Positions 29,729-34,510 of a stretch of 34,510 nt of DNA are shown in pieces (position 1 is the stretch's first letter; each line of letters starts with the position of its first letter). This DNA comes from an uncultured bacterium (lineage in GTDB: Bacteria > Babelota > Babeliae > Babelales > RVW-14): positions 1 through 34,510 of the forward strand of contig CAVXAT010000021.1 of assembly GCA_963759805.1 (NCBI GenBank). The letters run 5' to 3'. A program made the position numbers and the translations under genes. The notes beneath the pieces are model-generated. The model was not told the DNA's origin. It worked only from the letters and a program-made list of their open reading frames with translations, and searched no databases.

Positions 29729-30216
29729 CAGAAGCAACGTAATTGAAAGCATGCTCGTCATTCTCGACCAACTTAATTCGGAAATTAAGTATACCTTCGG
29801 AGATGCCGATTGCGGGTTGGAATACTTCAAAGATGGGTTAACAAACGTATCTATATCTGGAAATGAACTCTTTAGCTTTCTAAAATTTTGGTCAAAATGC
29901 TCTAAAAAACCGATTCTTCTTTTTATTGATGAGATAGATAGCCTTGTCGGAGATTCGCTTATCTTAATCCTCCGCCAAATTCGTACAGGATATACCGATC
30001 GACCAAGCAGATTCCCACAATCAATATGTTTGGTGGGCGAACGCAATATACGGGATGCTGATATCTGGTCAAAAGACTGCTTAGAGTTGCTAAGACACGG
30101 AGGAAGCCCCTTTAAAATATGGTTTTATATAAGGATATAAAAACCGCTGGAAAGAGAAGACCTACCAGCGCCAAGAGAAATTTGCGAACAAATTGATCAA
30201 TATTTGGGGCATGTAA
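29726..30216 (+). pseudogene. Decayed paralogue of the AAA/nuclease gene (internal fragment plus last ~70 bp)
   Basis: 29726-~30117 matches from 25328 onward (Walker B kept, start and Walker A lost); 30148-30216 matches the 3' end ...KFANKLINIWGM*. Confidence 0.9.
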
Positions 30217-30296
30217 GATAAACTTTTTCCAAACCTTGAATTTATATAACTTTTTTCAATAAGCTCGGCTGTAAATAGGCGAGCTTATTTGTTTTT
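30217..30296 (+). promoter_or_regulatory. Element A copy 5
   Basis: GATAAACTTTTTCCAAAC, TTGAAT-N18-TAAGCT, stem AATAAGCTCG..CGAGCTTATT. Confidence 0.8.
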
Positions 30297-30323
30297 AAAG
30301 AAAGTAATTTAAGGAGCCTTTCG

Positions 30324-33137
30324 ATGAAAAAATTTTATGTATTTCTACTTTTTGTAGTCGCACTAACTTATCAAACAAGTTTTTACATTCAGGCCAATGA
30401 AAACAACCTTATCGGCACATTGAGTATTTTAAAGCCAGAGTTTTATCCAATTTCACCACTGCACGGTGCGGTGGCATGGCAACAAGAGTGGGTAATGAGA
30501 TTGTATGATTTGGGATGGGATCGCGACAAATCTACAGGCAAGTTGATTATTGCTGATGAGCAACCGCCTGCCTTAATCAGGATTATTGATAGATTATTCC
30601 ACCGACCTCCCGGAACATCTGGAATGATGAATTTTAGCCCAACAAAAGATATCAGAGATCAGGCGTCTGTCGATGTTGCTCAATCTCTTGGAAAAATTAT
30701 TGCACTTCTTCCAGAGTTTGGCAGCAAAGAAGTTGGCAGTAAATCTAACAGATTAAAAGAACTTGCAGAACAACTTAAAGCAAGTTCCAAGATTGAAAAG
30801 ATAAAATCTACCGCCTCAAGTTTGTGTAACGTAAGCGATGCAGATTTTTTTGGAAAATTGGCAGAATCAAAAAAAGCTCTTCAAAATGTAAAGATCCCTG
30901 AAAAAGCAGTTTCTGCTGCCGAATTTAAAAAATTAATTAATGAGTTTTGTGAGTTTAAGGAGAACTGTGCAAAATTGGTGCGTGGCGCAGATACGGCACA
31001 ACTTTTGCGTCAAGCATTTTCACAAAACCCACAAGAAACTTTGCTAATGCTGCTTGCCTTAATCTGGTCTTGTTGCGAATCAAGCCGAGACGACTTGGCA
31101 AACTACTATCAAGCACTCGATGAAAAAATACGAGAAGTTAGAAATATGTCGATATTTTCCAAAGACCAGGAACCTGGTTGGCAAGCATGGGCTGCTGATA
31201 AATTTGTTTCAGAAACCGAAGGTAAAATGAAAGCAGACTTGCAGGCATTTGAAGGGAAATTTGAGAATAGCCCGCAGCTTTATGAGGCGCTTACATACAT
31301 TGTGCTGATGCCAGGTAAATACCCAAAGCTTTCGGAATATAAAACAGCAACACTTTGGTTTGATGGGATGGAACATCGTAATGTAACATTTGCAGACTGC
31401 ATGGATAGCTCCATGATGAATTTTCTTCTTATCTTGGCATACGACAAAGACGCAAGGGCGTTTGGTCTTGAATTTTTAAAATCAAAACTCGAATTGCAAA
31501 AGTTAAATGAAAAACTTGAGCGATTTTTGAACAGCGACCATCCCGCATTTATTCGCAAAATAGAAGGCAAAGAAGACAGTAAAATCAACCTGACGCCACA
31601 GACAGTTGAAGAGATTGAAATTCACAATGCATGGACAGATGTTGAATCGAACATTCCCGGTGTGGCCTATAACAAATGCTTGAGGAATAATACGATTGAA
31701 TCGTGTCGAGGCGAATCAAGGGGATTTATTGTTGCTGTACCGGAACTTAAGGATGCTCCCAAATTTCAAAAAGCAGGTTACGTGATAGTGGCACCCGCCG
31801 AAGGAATCTGTTTCGAGCTCCAGCCCTCACTAAAAAACTTTATAGTGCTTCTCAATTACTTACTGAATCTTGGATTATTTAATCCGGTCAATGTTTATGA
31901 TGAACTTTTAAAACCGGATTTTGTTAAAACATATCTTCCAAAGTTGGCCGAAAAATTAAATTTAAAAATTGAGCCTTCTATTTCATTGGATGAGATTGAT
32001 AGTAAGGATTATGGCGAACAAATGCTAACAAAACTTGGGTTTGATGATGAATTTCCATTTGATTTATCGACAAGCTATGGACATGGGGAAATTATTTCAA
32101 ACTATCGAGCCGCTGTAAAGGAACTGAAAAATGCGTTTGATAGGTTACCAAACACCCCAGATCTGCTTCCAAGTGCCCGCGGTATAAAATTGGGGAATAT
32201 GGATAGAAAAGATATCGTACGGAGTGCATTTACATCTAACAAAGTTCTCAATTTTTATGATTTTCCATGGTTTGATGTTAGCACAAGCCATACAATTATT
32301 AATATTTTGCGTGGCATTAAAATCGTTCATGCTCAATGTTCACCGGAGATACAGGGATATTTTATGCGTTTAGCAGAAATTCAAGCAGATCTAACGATTA
32401 GAATTAATCTTTTTGAATATGTAGTCTTATTTTTAGAAAATTTGAGTGAAAAATACGTAAATACTATATCAACTACTGCATCAATTAGCATAAATAATAA
32501 TAGAGAGGATATACAAGACTCTGCAATGAGAATATTCAAAGTTTTGTTTGAAAGGGGTCAGGGATATCCAGCGGCAATAGTTGCTGCATCCAAAGGCATC
32601 ACGAATGCGGATGTTGGTGTGCGATGGATTTCAATACAGTTGTTTGAAGAATTGGTTAAAAACGGCCATGGGTATACAGAAGCAATAGCCGGTGCATCAA
32701 AAGCAGGAGGGGATGATGATCCTAACATACGATGGTTTTCGACCCAGGTGTTTAAAGAATTGGTCAAAAACGGCAAGGGATACCCAGAGGCAATAGCAGC
32801 TGCATCCAAAGGTGCAAAGGATACCACTGATTGTAATGTACAAATATCCGCGATAGGTTTGTTTGCTGAACTGGTCAAAAATGGGCAGGGGTATACAGAA
32901 GCCATATCAACTGCATCAGAATGTGTGAAGGCCACTGAGGATGACGTACGACGATCGGCGATAAATTTATTTAAGGCATTGGTTGAGAAGAGAGAAATCC
33001 CAGAAGGTAAAATGTCCGAAACAATCAAAAGAATGCAAGATAAAGCCGAATCTCGAAAATTTTTCGACTCTATCAAGGGAAAATTAAAGGATGCAAAGAT
33101 CAAGGCAGATCTCGAGCAGTGTTTTGGGCAGCAGTAA
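30324..33137 (+). CDS. Exported HEAT-repeat family paralogue 4
   Basis: Same architecture; four GxGY-led repeats plus a leading unit. Confidence 0.87.
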   Translation: MKKFYVFLLFVVALTYQTSFYIQANENNLIGTLSILKPEFYPISPLHGAVAWQQEWVMRLYDLGWDRDKSTGKLIIADEQPPALIRIIDRLFHRPPGTSGMMNFSPTKDIRDQASVDVAQSLGKIIALLPEFGSKEVGSKSNRLKELAEQLKASSKIEKIKSTASSLCNVSDADFFGKLAESKKALQNVKIPEKAVSAAEFKKLINEFCEFKENCAKLVRGADTAQLLRQAFSQNPQETLLMLLALIWSCCESSRDDLANYYQALDEKIREVRNMSIFSKDQEPGWQAWAADKFVSETEGKMKADLQAFEGKFENSPQLYEALTYIVLMPGKYPKLSEYKTATLWFDGMEHRNVTFADCMDSSMMNFLLILAYDKDARAFGLEFLKSKLELQKLNEKLERFLNSDHPAFIRKIEGKEDSKINLTPQTVEEIEIHNAWTDVESNIPGVAYNKCLRNNTIESCRGESRGFIVAVPELKDAPKFQKAGYVIVAPAEGICFELQPSLKNFIVLLNYLLNLGLFNPVNVYDELLKPDFVKTYLPKLAEKLNLKIEPSISLDEIDSKDYGEQMLTKLGFDDEFPFDLSTSYGHGEIISNYRAAVKELKNAFDRLPNTPDLLPSARGIKLGNMDRKDIVRSAFTSNKVLNFYDFPWFDVSTSHTIINILRGIKIVHAQCSPEIQGYFMRLAEIQADLTIRINLFEYVVLFLENLSEKYVNTISTTASISINNNREDIQDSAMRIFKVLFERGQGYPAAIVAASKGITNADVGVRWISIQLFEELVKNGHGYTEAIAGASKAGGDDDPNIRWFSTQVFKELVKNGKGYPEAIAAASKGAKDTTDCNVQISAIGLFAELVKNGQGYTEAISTASECVKATEDDVRRSAINLFKALVEKREIPEGKMSETIKRMQDKAESRKFFDSIKGKLKDAKIKADLEQCFGQQ

Positions 33138-33168
33138 TTTTTACCCAATCGTGGATAATTGTACCCAT

Positions 33169-33224
33169 AGCGCTGAATAAAGTCTCGAATGGCTGTTTTT
33201 ACAGGCTTGTGGTAAAATAACAAA
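33169..33224 (+). promoter_or_regulatory. Element B copy 3 (orphan, no AAA gene follows)
   Basis: AGCGCTGAATAAAGTCTCGAATGGCTGTTTTTACAGGCTTGTGGTAAAATAACAAA. Confidence 0.75.
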
Positions 33225-33244
33225 TAGGAATGCTTATTAATCCA

Positions 33245-33288
33245 TGGATGCTGAAACAAGTTCAGCATGACAAATCTCCGAACCGGAG
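33245..33288. repeat. REP-like palindrome plus small hairpin
   Basis: ATGCTGAA-ACAAG-TTCAGCAT followed by CTCCG-AAC-CGGAG. Confidence 0.55.
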
Positions 33289-33340
33289 GCACTTTTGGCA
33301 TCTTGGACAATTTTTCTGAGTTATTGAACTGGCGTTACTT

Positions 33341-33915
33341 AACCTGAGTTCGACAATTAAAATTCTTTGAAAAGGACTTCCCTTAAAGCAAATCCTCTAT
33401 AGATTTAGAATGTTAAAACCAATCTAAAAAAGGATTTCAAAAAGGGAAGTAAAATGATTTTAACTCAAATTTTTTATGACGTAGACAATTTTTGTAAAGA
33501 TTTTAAAACACATCTAGATGCACATTCAATTTCTGCAGATTTATCGGCATTGGTAAAAAGAGAACAGAAAAGAATGTCTCTCAGTGACATTCTGACGATA
33601 CTCATTTATTTTCATCACTCTGGATATCGTACTTTAAGAAATATTATAAAGAATGTGGCGATTTGAAGGGCGCATTCGACGGGATCGTCAGCTATAATCG
33701 CTTTATAGAGCTGGTTCCGCAGGCTCTTGTGCCGTTAACAATTTTTATGAATTTGTGTTGTAAAAACAAATGTACAGGCTTTGGATTTATCGATTCAACA
33801 AAGCTTCAGGTATGTCATAATTTGCGAATCAACAGAAACAAGGTGTTTTCTGGAATTGCTGCACGCGGAAAAACGTCTACTGGATGGTTTTATGGATTTA
33901 AACTTCATCTGATTA
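33341..33915 (+). mobile_element. IS982-family element, left part; transposase frameshifted and interrupted
   Basis: Putative left end AACCTGAGTTCG; transposase from 33454: IFYDVDNFCK, SYNRF, FIDSTKLQVCHN, ARGKTSTGWFYGFKLHLI; one T missing at 33633-33635; homology stops abruptly after KLHLI. Confidence 0.88.
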
Positions 33916-34510
33916 CAGGACTTCCTCAAAATAACAAACTGCCTGATCTAGTCTGATCTACAAAAAAAATGTACTCTCTCAGAAGGGTTTGATCGTACAA
34001 ATCAAAATCTGAGGAGAGTACAATGCTTTATTCAAGCACAGTTCTAAAATATCCAGTCTTAACATTGTTGTCTAGAGGCAAGAGAAGCTTCGAAAATATG
34101 GGATTACTAATTCAGCGAAGTGGTGACACTGTAAAAAGGTTGCTACATCCAGCAGCGCACAGCTTCAACGTATCAAGAAGCATTTGCCAATCTATGTTTG
34201 CAAAAAATGAAATTTTATGTGTAGGCATTGATGATACCTTGTTGCGAAAAATTTATTCGAGATTTATGCAGGTGCTGGAATGTTCTTTATACGAATTCAA
34301 TTGGTCGCAGTATCATGGCTTACAAGTTGGTCAATGGCATAATCACAGATGGTAATTTGCAATCCCAATCGATTGTGCGTACATTTTTGCAAAGAAATTC
34401 TCGATTCAATCAACGAAAAATTTCCAACAAAAGATGAAATTGCAAAATCATTTGTAAAAACAGCCATAAAACTTTTCCCAGACAAGAAAATAATTGTGGT
34501 TGTTGATGGA
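33916..34510 (+). mobile_element. Second IS (DDE transposase, IS701/IS4-like), truncated by the window edge
   Basis: Begins CAGGACTTCCTCAAAA where IS982 homology ends; ORF from 34023 with GIDDTLLRK and, after several frameshifts, IIVVVDG. Confidence 0.7.

Noticed and set aside
18929..33137. Polymorphic toxin-immunity locus
   Set aside because: No small immunity ORFs follow the genes; the variable part is a repeat solenoid, not a swapped toxin tip, and all copies are full length.
12385..33224. CRISPR array or DGR explanation for the repeats
   Set aside because: Repeats are kilobases apart, there are no cas or reverse transcriptase genes, and mismatches between copies are not adenine-specific.
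32558..33310. 250-aa minus-strand ORF, and similar ones at 17404, 21160, 28690, 6243
   Set aside because: Antisense to well-supported genes; no recognisable motifs; open frames explained by codon bias of Ala-rich repeats.
1..34510. tRNA, rRNA or known riboswitch
   Set aside because: No cloverleaf or conserved RNA motifs were recognised in any intergenic region.

Overview
AT-rich bacterial window; the gene set and style suggest an intracellular parasite of protists such as Ca. Dependentiae/Babelota (inference only). Left third (1-12.3 kb) is housekeeping/envelope: T2SS gspC and gspD (gspD runs off the left edge and is missing from the ORF track), a MoxR ATPase, a small exported protein resembling a stand-alone secretin N0 domain, an NtrX-like regulator lacking GAFTGA, mlaE/mlaF, a frameshifted secG, tpiA, a putative outer-membrane protein and mreB. 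From the mreB stop to 33.2 kb lies a ~21 kb accessory array of signal-peptide proteins: a 1542-aa dikinase-like protein (ATP-grasp + phospho-His + unknown domain), a repeat/HEAT/RING-like protein, and four mosaic paralogues with a conserved Cys/His-containing N-domain and variable numbers of 36-aa HEAT-like repeats, interleaved with one intact and one decayed AAA-ATPase/PD-(D/E)XK nuclease gene. The array is punctuated by five copies of a ~65-80 bp promoter+hairpin element (A), three copies of a second promoter element (B), and duplicated 3' ends of mreB and of the ATPase gene sitting directly before element A. It looks like a recombination-built effector cassette array anchored at mreB; no integrase is visible. 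The window ends with an IS982 transposase interrupted by a second IS. Several single-base frameshifts fall in homopolymers and may be sequencing errors.
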